Below are positions 46,213 through 55,871 of a stretch of DNA of 64,000 bases, one piece after another. The position numbers were made by a program, and so were the translations under genes. The stretch's first letter is position 1. Each line of letters starts with the position of its first letter. The notes under the pieces are model-generated. The model ran no database searches. It saw only the letters and a list, made by a program, of their open reading frames with translations, and was not told where the DNA came from. The DNA comes from an uncultured Clostridia bacterium (GTDB lineage Bacteria > Bacillota > Clostridia > TANB77 > CAG-508). The DNA lies in NCBI GenBank assembly GCA_947627755.1, contig CANQXD010000004.1:6441-70440 (forward strand), given 5' to 3'.

Positions 46213-47418
46213 TTAATCGACTATTACATAACCACCTGGCAAATAGTCTAATGGGTCTAACCAGTTATTTCCAAAGAAATTACCAACTGAACTTGCTTTT
46301 CTTATTTCAAAGTGTAAGTGTGGCGCTACACCTCCTGTATTTCCTGAGTAAGCTATTAATTGACCTTGTGAAACTTTTTGACCTGTTGAAACTAATTTTG
46401 AGTTTAAGTGAGCATATAAGGTACAATATCCGTTTCCATGATATATAATTAAATAATTTCCATATCCTGCTGCTGAAGATGAACCAGATTGATATGCACT
46501 ATAAATAACAGTTCCAGAGGCTGCTGCAATAACACTTTTTCCTGTTTCTGCATTAGTTCCTATATCGATTCCTTTGTGCCATCTTCCCCATCTATATTTC
46601 ATTCTAGATGTAACTCTTCTTGGTGAATAATCTAAAGGCCAGATAAATGTTCCATCAAAATTGCTACCTGAACCTCCTTGTTGTTCTGCTTTTAATGCTT
46701 CTGCCATAGCTTGTGCAATTGCATTATCAATTTCTTTTAATTTTTTGTTATTTTCTTCTATTTCAGTTTGTAATGTTTTTTCTTCTTCAGATAATGCATC
46801 TACTTTTCTTTGTCTTTCTGCTCTTTGTGTTTTTAACAGATTATTTTTCGTTTCTTGTTCTACTTTTGCACTATCTACTTTTGTTTTTTCTTGTTCTAAT
46901 TGTTGTTTCGTATTAGTAATTTCTTGTTGCTCTTGTTCTATTGTGTCTAATAAATCTCTGTCACATTGTATTAATTGTTGCCATAAATAATAATTAGAAA
47001 TAAATTCTACAATGTTTTTAGAACTAAAAAGCATATCTAAGAAAGAAGTTTCTCCTGCCTCATACATAACTACTAGACGATCTTCTAATAGTTTTTGATT
47101 TTTATCATGTTCTTCTTGCTTTTGTTCTAACTCTTTTTGTTTTTGATCAATAGATGCTTGCAAGGTATCTATTTCGCTTTGCAATTGTTGAATTTGTCTT
47201 TCTACTTCATCAATTGAATTATTTAACTCAACTACCTCTTGCATTTCTGCACTTAATTGCTCTTTTACATCTTCTTGCTGTTCTTGTGCTTCTGTAATTT
47301 TTCCTTGTATATCCGCTTTTTCGTCATTTAATTCTCCAACTGAAGCTGCATAAGTAGGAAGTAAGTTCCCCAATAATAAAATTAAACTAAGTATAAACGG
47401 CACAATTTTTTTCTTCAT
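46213..47418 (-). CDS. coiled-coil + M23 (LytM) peptidase, EnvC/PcsB-like, paralog 2
   Basis: Signal peptide, coiled coil, then HKGIDI ... GNTGGVAPHLHFEI. Confidence 0.8.
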   Translation of the reverse strand: MKKKIVPFILSLILLLGNLLPTYAASVGELNDEKADIQGKITEAQEQQEDVKEQLSAEMQEVVELNNSIDEVERQIQQLQSEIDTLQASIDQKQKELEQKQEEHDKNQKLLEDRLVVMYEAGETSFLDMLFSSKNIVEFISNYYLWQQLIQCDRDLLDTIEQEQQEITNTKQQLEQEKTKVDSAKVEQETKNNLLKTQRAERQRKVDALSEEEKTLQTEIEENNKKLKEIDNAIAQAMAEALKAEQQGGSGSNFDGTFIWPLDYSPRRVTSRMKYRWGRWHKGIDIGTNAETGKSVIAAASGTVIYSAYQSGSSSAAGYGNYLIIYHGNGYCTLYAHLNSKLVSTGQKVSQGQLIAYSGNTGGVAPHLHFEIRKASSVGNFFGNNWLDPLDYLPGGYVIVD

Positions 47419-47539
47419 TTTTTTAGTTCCTTTCTTTTGAATCCCTACGCTTAAAAATTTACATTTTAAACTTTTTAACCTTTTGCTTTTTTATTCTTAT
47501 TCTTTTTTGCTTTTACTCTTTACTTTTTACTCTTACGCA

Positions 47540-48448
47540 CTACACTTCTAAGTATTTTCTCATAGAAATAGCACTTCCTAATGTACCAATTCCTATTCCT
47601 AATATTAAATAAACAGCAATTACTAATGTAAAGATTTGATTGAATGGTAATAATGTCATATTAATCATACTTGTAATGTCTGATTCCATAATTTTATGAA
47701 CTACAAAATTATAACTTGCTCCTAAAATTAGAATAGAAATCATTGCTGCAATTACTCCAATGATAATACCTTCTATAATGAATGGCCACCTAATAAATCC
47801 ATTTGTTGCTCCTACATATTTCATAATAGAAATTTCTTTTCTTCTTGCATGAACAGTAAGTTTTATGGTATTTGCAATAATGAAAATAGAAATTATAACT
47901 AATAAAACTAGAATTCCAATAGAAATCCATTGAACTCCATTTGCTATTTTTACTAATGCATTAATGGTTTTGTCTCTTATTTCTATGTTACTTACATTGT
48001 CAAATTGTGCAATTTGTGCTCTTACTTCTTCGCTTTTTGATAAATCTGTTAATGTTACAACATAAGAAACTTTAAAAGGATTTTTTTCTACAGTATAAGG
48101 TTCTAAAGCTTTACTATATTCTTGCCATCTTTCTTTTACAATATTGTATGCCTCTGCTGCTGAAACAAATTCGGTTTTTGCTACATAGTCTAAACTTTGA
48201 ATTTGTTCTCCTAATGTTTGGATTTGCTCTTCTGTTGCATCTTTTATCATGAAAACTTGCATTCCCTGTGCAGATTCTATTTCTTTTAGCATATAATTTA
48301 CGTTTTGACCTATTAAGAAAAATAGCCCAAAGATTAGCATAGTTGCACACATAATCATAAGAGAAGCACCAGTTGATTTTTTATTTTTTAAAAAGTTTCG
48401 AAAACCTTCTGCTACTAAATAACCTAGTACATTATATCTCACTATCAT
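47540..48448 (-). CDS. ftsX: cell-division ABC transporter permease FtsX
   Basis: GFRNFLKNKK N-terminus, an extracellular loop and 3 C-terminal TM helices. It overlaps the end of ftsE. The start may be the ATG at 48448 or the GTG at 48442. Confidence 0.85.
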   Translation of the reverse strand: MIVRYNVLGYLVAEGFRNFLKNKKSTGASLMIMCATMLIFGLFFLIGQNVNYMLKEIESAQGMQVFMIKDATEEQIQTLGEQIQSLDYVAKTEFVSAAEAYNIVKERWQEYSKALEPYTVEKNPFKVSYVVTLTDLSKSEEVRAQIAQFDNVSNIEIRDKTINALVKIANGVQWISIGILVLLVIISIFIIANTIKLTVHARRKEISIMKYVGATNGFIRWPFIIEGIIIGVIAAMISILILGASYNFVVHKIMESDITSMINMTLLPFNQIFTLVIAVYLILGIGIGTLGSAISMRKYLEV

Positions 48449-49118
48449 AACCACCTTTTTTATCATCTCTATCGATAACGCCTTTATCGATATGAATTAC
48501 TCTTTTTTTCATACGATCTACAATATCTTTTGCGTGTGTTGCTACAACAACTGTTGTTCCTCTCATGTTAATATCGTTAAGTAATGTCATAATGTCCCAT
48601 GCGGTTTCTGGATCTAAGTTTCCTGTAGGCTCGTCTGCAATTAACATAGATGGGTTATTTACTAATGCTCTTGCTAATGCTACCCTTTGTTGCTCTCCAC
48701 CAGATAATTCATTTGGATACATTTTTGCTTTTCCACTTAAACCTACTAATGAAAGTACCATTGGCACTTGGCGTCTAATATGTTTTGGCGTAGCTCTTAC
48801 AATATACATTGCAAATGCTACATTTTCATAAACTGTTTTATCTGGTAATAGTCTAAAGTCTTGGAATACTACTCCCATACTTCTTCTTAAATATGGTACT
48901 CTTTTTGGTTTTAGAAAAGTAGTATCTTTTCCATTTATAATAATATTGCCTGATGTAGGGTTTTCCTCTTTTAGAATCATTTTTATTAAGGTTGATTTTC
49001 CAGAACCTGATGTACCTACTAAGAAAGCAAACTCACCTTTTTCTATTGTGAAATTAGCATTATGCACAGCTTCTGTTCCTGTGCTATAAGTTTTGCTTAC
49101 ATTTCTAAACTCAATCAT
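48432..49118 (-). CDS. ftsE: cell-division ATP-binding protein FtsE
   Basis: Walker A GTSGSGKST, signature LSGGEQQR and Walker B LIADEP. Confidence 0.9.
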   Translation of the reverse strand: MIEFRNVSKTYSTGTEAVHNANFTIEKGEFAFLVGTSGSGKSTLIKMILKEENPTSGNIIINGKDTTFLKPKRVPYLRRSMGVVFQDFRLLPDKTVYENVAFAMYIVRATPKHIRRQVPMVLSLVGLSGKAKMYPNELSGGEQQRVALARALVNNPSMLIADEPTGNLDPETAWDIMTLLNDINMRGTTVVVATHAKDIVDRMKKRVIHIDKGVIDRDDKKGGYDSEI

Positions 49119-49366
49119 TATTTTGACTCCTTATTTATCGTCTTTTTTTGCTAACTTTTTACAGCATATTTTACGATTTTATCTTTTCTCCTTTATCATA
49201 CCAATAAAATACATTATTTGCAATACTTTTTGCATAAAAAAAAGTTGTAATTTATGGTAAGGAAAAATGCCTGTTTCTCGTTTCTATTAAGAGGTTTTCC
49301 TCTTTGTAATTTATTGGATTATTCAAAAAATTCACAGAAAATTCACAAAAGAAAACTCTCTTACTT

Positions 49367-50299
49367 TTAAGAGAGCTTTACTTCTTTTATAATATTTTCT
49401 GCTGTAATTTCGTAATATTTCATTAGTTCTTCTGCTTTTCCTGATTGTCCGAAGGTATCTTTAATTCCCATGCGAATTACTTTGCAAGGATATTCTTCTG
49501 CTACTACTTCACAAACGCTAGAACCCAAGCCTCCGATAATGTTGTGGTCTTCTATTGTAATTATTTTTTCTGTTTCTTTAGCACATTTTATAATCATTTC
49601 TTTATCGATTGGTTTAATGGTATGCATGTCAATTACGCGAGTAAAAATTCCTTGCTTTTCTAATTCTTCTTTTGCCTTAATAGCTTCGCAAACAACATCT
49701 CCCGTAGCAATAATAGATGCTTTGGTTCCTTCTCCTATTTGCACTGCTTTTCCTATTTCAAAGTTTTGTTCTTTTTCATAAATAGTAGGCGTAGCAAGCC
49801 TTGACATACGTACATATACTGGTCCTTTAATTTTTGCAATTTCTTTTATAGCCCATCTAGTTTGTACATCGTCACAAGGGCATAGTACAGTCATATTAGG
49901 TAGTGCTCTCATCATAACAATATCTTCTAACATTTGATGAGTTGCCCCGTCTTCTCCTACTGTAATTCCACTATGCGTAGCACAAATTTTTACATTTAAG
50001 TTTGGATAACAAATACTATTTCGGATTTGGTCATACGCTCTTCCTGCTGCAAATACTGCAAACGTGCTAACGTACGGAATTTTGTTGCAAGTAGCAAAAC
50101 CTGCTGCTGTGCTTAACATATCTTGTTCTGCAATTCCCATATCAAAAAATCTTTCTGGAAATTCTTTGGCAAAAAGTTCTGTTTTGGTTGCACTAGATAA
50201 ATCTGCATCTAGTACTACTATATTTTCATTTTCTTTTCCTAACTCTACCAACGCTTCTCCATAACTTTGGCGAGTTGCTATTTTTATTTGCTCGTTCAT
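49367..50299 (-). CDS. transketolase, C-terminal (pyrimidine-binding) subunit
   Basis: 310 aa; ATRQSYGEALVELG ... FDMGIAEQ. Typical split transketolase. Confidence 0.9.
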   Translation of the reverse strand: MNEQIKIATRQSYGEALVELGKENENIVVLDADLSSATKTELFAKEFPERFFDMGIAEQDMLSTAAGFATCNKIPYVSTFAVFAAGRAYDQIRNSICYPNLNVKICATHSGITVGEDGATHQMLEDIVMMRALPNMTVLCPCDDVQTRWAIKEIAKIKGPVYVRMSRLATPTIYEKEQNFEIGKAVQIGEGTKASIIATGDVVCEAIKAKEELEKQGIFTRVIDMHTIKPIDKEMIIKCAKETEKIITIEDHNIIGGLGSSVCEVVAEEYPCKVIRMGIKDTFGQSGKAEELMKYYEITAENIIKEVKLS

Positions 50300-50309
50300 G
50301 GAATCCTCC

Positions 50310-51137
50310 TTATTCTAATTCTTTCATAGCTAACTTATATTCTTCCTCTTTTGGTGCTTTTCCGTGCCATTCTGCTTTATTTTCCATAAAAGAAACCCCT
50401 TTTCCTTTTATAGTTTTTGCAATGATAATGCTTGGTTTTCCTTTTGTCATTTTTGCTGTTTCAAAAGCATCTATCAATTGTTCTATATTGTGTCCATCTA
50501 CTACAATTGTATTAAAGCCAAAACTTTTCCATTTTCCTTCTATGTTATCTAGTCCTTTTACTTCTTCTACTTTTCCATCAATTTGTAAGCCATTATAATC
50601 TAAAATAGCACATAAATTATCCAAATGATATTTGCTTGAAGTCATTGCTGCTTCCCAAATTTGTCCTTCTTCTATTTCTCCATCTCCAAGAAGGCAATAA
50701 ACACGATATCCATCATGATTTAATTTTGAACTAAGTGCCATACCATTTGCAACCGATAAACCTTGTCCTAAAGAGCCTGTTGTCATATCGATTCCTGGTA
50801 CTTTATTTTTATCTGGATGACCTTGTAATTTTGAATGAATTTTTCGAAATGTAGTTAATTCTTCTTTTGGAATGAAGCCTCTTTCTGCAAGGGTTGCATA
50901 TAATGCTGGAGAGCAATGTCCTTTTGATAAAACAAAGCGATCTCTTGCAAAATCTTCTGGTTCATTTTCGCTTACATTCATTTGATTAAAATAAAGTACT
51001 GTTAAAATGTCAGCACACGATAGAGAACCACCCGGATGTCCAGATTTTGCTTCATATACTTGTTTTATAATATTTTTTCTAATTTCTTTTGCAATTTTTT
51101 CTAATTCTTTACAATCTGTTATTTTCAAAAATAACAC
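50310..51137 (-). CDS. transketolase, N-terminal (TPP-binding) subunit
   Basis: SGHPGGSLS ... GDGEIEEGQIWEA. Confidence 0.9.
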   Translation of the reverse strand: MLFLKITDCKELEKIAKEIRKNIIKQVYEAKSGHPGGSLSCADILTVLYFNQMNVSENEPEDFARDRFVLSKGHCSPALYATLAERGFIPKEELTTFRKIHSKLQGHPDKNKVPGIDMTTGSLGQGLSVANGMALSSKLNHDGYRVYCLLGDGEIEEGQIWEAAMTSSKYHLDNLCAILDYNGLQIDGKVEEVKGLDNIEGKWKSFGFNTIVVDGHNIEQLIDAFETAKMTKGKPSIIIAKTIKGKGVSFMENKAEWHGKAPKEEEYKLAMKELE

Positions 51138-51195
51138 CTCCTAGTATAACTTTCTTGAAAGTATTGTATATTTAATTGCGTTTTTTTGCAATAGG

Positions 51196-51789
51196 CTATT
51201 GCAAATAATCTAGTGGATTTTCATATTCTTCATTTATACGAAATCCAATATGCAAATGACAGCCTGTTGTTGCTCCATTGGTAGGATTTCCATTTTCATC
51301 ATGATAGGTATTACCTTTTACTCCATAAACATATTTTGGACCTACTGTTGCTATAATTTGCCCTCTTTGCACAATATCTCCTACCTTTACTAAAAATATA
51401 GGTGATACATGGCAATAGGTTATTTTCATATTATCTTTGCTTAATGTAATTGTATATCCACCACCACCTAAAAACCCAGTATAAGTAATTTTTCCATCTA
51501 TTGTTGCAATTAAAACTGTTCCTTCTGGTGCTCCAATATCTAGTCCTTTATGATAAGATGAAGCTCCTGCTGTGGGAGATGTTCTTTTTCCAAAATATGA
51601 TGTAATTGTAGTATACCCCGGTATTGGCCATGCAAAACCTAAAGGACTAATAACAATTTCTCCTTGCTCAATTAGTTTTTTCATTTCTTCATTTAAGCAT
51701 GTAGGAATAAAAAAGCAAGAAATTAGAATAACAAAAATTGCAATTACTGCAATGAAATAATAATAAAGTTTAAAAAAAGAGCTAAACAT
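51196..51789 (-). CDS. M23 (LytM) peptidase with N-terminal membrane anchor
   Basis: YHKGLDIGAPEGT ... GCHLHIGF. Confidence 0.8.
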   Translation of the reverse strand: MFSSFFKLYYYFIAVIAIFVILISCFFIPTCLNEEMKKLIEQGEIVISPLGFAWPIPGYTTITSYFGKRTSPTAGASSYHKGLDIGAPEGTVLIATIDGKITYTGFLGGGGYTITLSKDNMKITYCHVSPIFLVKVGDIVQRGQIIATVGPKYVYGVKGNTYHDENGNPTNGATTGCHLHIGFRINEEYENPLDYLQ

Positions 51790-52037
51790 AGAATTCCTCC
51801 TAATTGTTTGAGCCCTTATTTGTTTTTATTGTCTAAATGCAAAAAACCTCAAGCAAGATTTTCTACGCAATGGAAATTGCTAGAAAATCTTGCTTTCGCC
51901 ATAATTGTCTTCTACGAAAATTTTTCATACTATGAAAAATTTTCTAGAATACAAAAAACTTACTAATAAAAAAGTTTAATATAATGACAATGATTGATAT
52001 TGCAACTTGACTAACCCATTCCCCTATATGCAATATG

Positions 52038-52352
52038 TTAAATAATAAGAAGAAACCGAAGCGTTTCTACTACCATTGAAAAAGCACGTCCCAATATAAA
52101 TTTATAAAATTCTTTTAAATTACTATAAAAACCTTTTGCTTTTGTATCAAATACCATTTTTCTATTGGTAAAATAAGCAAATAGTACTGCTAATATAATA
52201 GCTAAAATATTAGAGATATTTTCTTCTAGTCCTATTCTTGTTAATATGAAATAAGATACAAATTTAACAACAGTTGTTAAAACGCCAAAGATACCATATA
52301 GTATTATTTGCTTTGTGAATACTTTTTTTATTATACTTTTTAGTTGTTCCAT
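52038..52352 (-). CDS. GtrA-family membrane protein (possibly C-terminally short)
   Basis: YGIFGVLTTVV ... FAYFTNRKMVF pattern of GtrA-like proteins. Confidence 0.6.
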   Translation of the reverse strand: MEQLKSIIKKVFTKQIILYGIFGVLTTVVKFVSYFILTRIGLEENISNILAIILAVLFAYFTNRKMVFDTKAKGFYSNLKEFYKFILGRAFSMVVETLRFLLII

Positions 52353-52442
52353 TTATATTTTCCTTCCTTATTTTTTATTATAGTATAAAGGGATTAGAAA
52401 TAAAAAACGTTTCTATTTTTTATTTCTAACCCCCTATTTCTT

Positions 52443-52517
52443 TGGCAGAGGTAGTAGGATTCGAACCCACACAGGCGGTTTTGGAGACCGATGTGCTACC
52501 ATTAACACTATACCTCT
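52443..52517 (-). tRNA. tRNA-Trp (anticodon CCA)
   Basis: The minus strand reads AGAGGTATAGTGTTAATGGTAGCACATCGGTCTCCAAAACCGCCTGTGTGGGTTCGAATCCTACTACCTCTGCCA. It folds as a cloverleaf with a CTCCAAA anticodon loop. Confidence 0.85.
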
Positions 52518-52689
52518 ATATTGTGCTAAGACATTTTTTATCTTAGCACATTTTTTTTAATTATGCAAGTGGTTTTAAATAGATTTTTATCATTATTTTT
52601 ATTAAAAAATAATTTTATATTATAATGTAAAAATTAGTCTCATCAAACTTTTTGAATAACTTTATTATCTTTTTTTATCAAGTAACAAA

Positions 52690-54669
52690 CTAAGGCACAA
52701 CTACGGCACGGAAACCATTAGAATGGTCAGAAATACCATCTCCTCTATTGAAAGTAAATCCACCAGCAAAAGCAGTATCAGCCCAACGACCTCCACGATA
52801 GAATACAAATTTTGAGTAAGTTGGAAAATATGAGTAATTGTTATTCCATGCGCTTTTGCCCCAATCACTTTCATTTGTCCCAGCCTTATTTATTGTTGTT
52901 TCTCTTATAGCATCTCCAAAAATGTTTTTATTATTTTTAAAATTATTTTGGCTTAACATATCATCATTTGATGATGTATTACCATCTTGAGATGTATCGT
53001 GTGGATAAACCGTTACATATTTTGTGCTTTTCTCAATAGTTATTGTTTGTTGGCTAGTTGTAATAGTTGTCTTTGTGTCGTCAATTAAACTTTTGGCATA
53101 AGTTGCTAAATTAGTATTTACGTTATCAATAATGCCAGCCACTGACTCCCATAAGCCTCCGTTCATATCATAGATTCCTGTAATGTTTCCTGTAGTACTT
53201 GCTTTTTGTCCTTGTATGCTTTGCCAATTACCTTGTTCTGTGCCTGCTAATAAGCCATCTAAATTTGTATTTGTAACAGAAGCAGTATTTGTATTTGTTG
53301 CTCCATACCCTGTTATAGCATAAATTGTATTTGTATTATTAGCTGTTATATTATTTATATATATTTCTTTTCCTTCTATACCATATTTACTATAAGATAA
53401 ATAAATTACTGCTCCCCATTCACTATTTTTCATTAAATGGCTATCTACTTTACTACTTAAGTTATATGGATTACCACTATTTGTTAATGCTCTACATAAA
53501 GTAAAAGCATCTCCTACACTGATATTATTGTAACTTGCTCTATTCGCTTGGAAAGTTGGATATTTCATTTTTGTACTGGCCGTTTTTGTTCCATAATAAT
53601 AATTTGCATTCGTTTGAGAACCAGTATTTCCCTCTATTATAGTATAATTATATTTGGAATCTATTGCTGTATTTGGTTGATTTACTTTTCCTACATATCC
53701 CGCTTCAAATTTTGCCACCCAAATACCTGTCAGCTCTTCATCCCATCCGCCATTGGCATAACCTATACTACTTTCATTTGTAAAAACTGGATGCACATAA
53801 TAATCAGCCATAGTATCTGCTACTTCATCTTTTGATTTTACTCTTTTAGCTGTTTTCGTTGCTCCATTTTCATCATAATATTTATCCGTGGTTCCAATTA
53901 AGAAAACAATATCTACACTTCCGTATTGCGTTTTTGTTTGACTTTTTACTGTTTTTGTACTATCTGTATAATAAGTTATTTTATAAGCATAGCGTGGTAT
54001 CCATACCCACATACTTCCATCTGCTGTTTTTGCATTTGCCCATCTTCTTGTTTCATAAGTTGTTCCATATTGATACCAATTTTGATCATTTTCTGTAGTT
54101 TCGTTTACTGTGCCTGCTGATGTAGCAGTTGGTAAAGTAAATTTTACAGGAGTCATTCCTTCTGCCAATTTAGGTTTATTAACATACCCTTCTACTTTTA
54201 TATTATTATAAACATCATTTGATGTGTAATGGTATTCACCGTTATACATTACACCTTTAGGATAATAAATAGTATGAGATTGTTCATTTATAATATAAAC
54301 GTCAAATAAGTTTGTAATTTCTTCTGTTACATTTTTTTTCCTAATAATACTATAGTCTGCACCATAATTTAAAGTTACATTCTTCAATTGATTTAAGTCA
54401 ATTACGTAATATTTATCATTATCATTTATATTAGTAAATCCTTTTATTGTAGAAATGTTAGTATATGGATTAATTATTGGCAATTTATTATTTGCAGCAT
54501 AGTATTGAGATACTTGTTCTTTTAGCTTTTGTAAATCTACCTCGAAATCTGATTTTTTTCTTTGATTTCCGTATTGATCCATATTAACTGTAATAGTAAA
54601 AGTTAAAATAATTAAAATAACTACTGTAACGACTAATGTAATTAAAGTAACAGCTCTTTCATTTTTCAT
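52690..54669 (-). CDS. N-terminal hydrophobic anchor + large N/T-rich region + FGE/SUMF1-like C-terminal motifs, paralog P5
   Basis: ERAVTLITLVVTVVILIILTFTI. GIWVAKFEAG, IYDMNGGLWESV, YRGGRW and NGFRAVVVP. Confidence 0.55.
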   Translation of the reverse strand: MKNERAVTLITLVVTVVILIILTFTITVNMDQYGNQRKKSDFEVDLQKLKEQVSQYYAANNKLPIINPYTNISTIKGFTNINDNDKYYVIDLNQLKNVTLNYGADYSIIRKKNVTEEITNLFDVYIINEQSHTIYYPKGVMYNGEYHYTSNDVYNNIKVEGYVNKPKLAEGMTPVKFTLPTATSAGTVNETTENDQNWYQYGTTYETRRWANAKTADGSMWVWIPRYAYKITYYTDSTKTVKSQTKTQYGSVDIVFLIGTTDKYYDENGATKTAKRVKSKDEVADTMADYYVHPVFTNESSIGYANGGWDEELTGIWVAKFEAGYVGKVNQPNTAIDSKYNYTIIEGNTGSQTNANYYYGTKTASTKMKYPTFQANRASYNNISVGDAFTLCRALTNSGNPYNLSSKVDSHLMKNSEWGAVIYLSYSKYGIEGKEIYINNITANNTNTIYAITGYGATNTNTASVTNTNLDGLLAGTEQGNWQSIQGQKASTTGNITGIYDMNGGLWESVAGIIDNVNTNLATYAKSLIDDTKTTITTSQQTITIEKSTKYVTVYPHDTSQDGNTSSNDDMLSQNNFKNNKNIFGDAIRETTINKAGTNESDWGKSAWNNNYSYFPTYSKFVFYRGGRWADTAFAGGFTFNRGDGISDHSNGFRAVVVP

Positions 54670-54783
54670 AATTAATTTCTTCCTCCTAGGCTGTAAATTT
54701 AGTTTTTAGCTTTTATTTTTCATTTGTTCTATATTTTTATATATTGTACTTTAAAAAGGCACCTTATAAAAAGTGCCTTATTT

Positions 54784-55239
54784 TTATTCTTCGTCTTTGT
54801 TTATATCTTTTAATAACTCTAATTGAGAAATTAGTAATGATTCCATTTTTGCTTTATATACTTCAAATTGTTGTTTAATATCTTCTACTTCTTTTTTCTT
54901 CATTAAAATTTCTTGTCCTAAATCATCTACTGCTTTTCTAGCATTTCCTTCTGCTTCTTTTATAATTTGTTCTGCTTGTTGTCTTGCTACTTCTTTTACT
55001 TCTTCTGCTGTGGATTGTGCCATGACTAATGTATTTTGAAGTGTATCTTCTATGGTTTTGTAATGTAATAAACTACGTTCTAATTCTTCTACTCTTATTT
55101 TTAATTCTGTACTTTGTTTATAATTTTTTTCATAGTCTGCTGTTAATTCATCTAAAAATTCGTCTACTTCTTCTACATTATATCCATTCATCATTTGTTT
55201 TGAAAATTTTTTATTTTCAATTTCTAATGGTGTTATCAT
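54784..55239 (-). CDS. divIVA: DivIVA-domain cell-division protein
   Basis: MITPLEIENKKFSKQMMNGYNVEEVDEFLDEL, the canonical DivIVA N-terminus. Confidence 0.85.
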   Translation of the reverse strand: MITPLEIENKKFSKQMMNGYNVEEVDEFLDELTADYEKNYKQSTELKIRVEELERSLLHYKTIEDTLQNTLVMAQSTAEEVKEVARQQAEQIIKEAEGNARKAVDDLGQEILMKKKEVEDIKQQFEVYKAKMESLLISQLELLKDINKDEE

Positions 55240-55269
55240 ATTACTTCCCCCTATGCAAATTTAGCTAGA

Positions 55270-55737
55270 TTAAGCATTGTTATTTCTAAGCCAAGATACA
55301 GATAATTTATTTTTAATTTCTTCTCTTGCTAAGTCGCTTGTAATTTCATAGTTATATGGTGCAATTAAAAAGATAGAATTAGATACCTTTTGAATATGTC
55401 CATCTAGTGCATGAACAGCACCACTAATAACATCTACAATACGTCTTGCTACGTCTTTATTTACGTATTCTAAATTAACAATAACTGATTTTTTTTCTTT
55501 TAATAAATCACAAATTCCTTCTGATTGTTCAAATGTTGTTGGTTGTGAAATTACCATTTTAATTTGTTCTGTTTGTGGCATATTCACTACCTTGTTACGT
55601 CTGTTCCAAAAATTTCTATTTTCCTCTTGTTCTTCTTGTTCTTGTTCTTCTTGTTCATAATCTTCATCTTCAAATTCTTCCTCTGAAGTATCTACTCCAA
55701 ATAAGTCTAATACCTTATTCATAATTGCTCCTGCCAT
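55270..55737 (-). CDS. sepF: cell-division protein SepF
   Basis: Acidic linker, then a conserved C-terminal domain (VISQPTTFEQSEGICDLLKEKKSVIVNLEYV ... FLIAP). Confidence 0.8.
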   Translation of the reverse strand: MAGAIMNKVLDLFGVDTSEEEFEDEDYEQEEQEQEEQEENRNFWNRRNKVVNMPQTEQIKMVISQPTTFEQSEGICDLLKEKKSVIVNLEYVNKDVARRIVDVISGAVHALDGHIQKVSNSIFLIAPYNYEITSDLAREEIKNKLSVSWLRNNNA

Positions 55738-55871
55738 TTTAAAACCTCCTAAAATTTATTGTCCTTTGTATTTTATGTTATAAGTATCTATCTTTTTTTC
55801 TTAATTGTCAATACTTTTTTCAATTGTAATGTTAATTTAATATTTTTGTAATATTGTTGTAATATTCTTTC

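Noticed and set aside
52038-52352. The GtrA-like gene as a truncated pseudogene.
   Set aside because: The ORF is somewhat short (104 aa), but I could not find a convincing continuation in another frame downstream. There is not enough evidence to call it disrupted.
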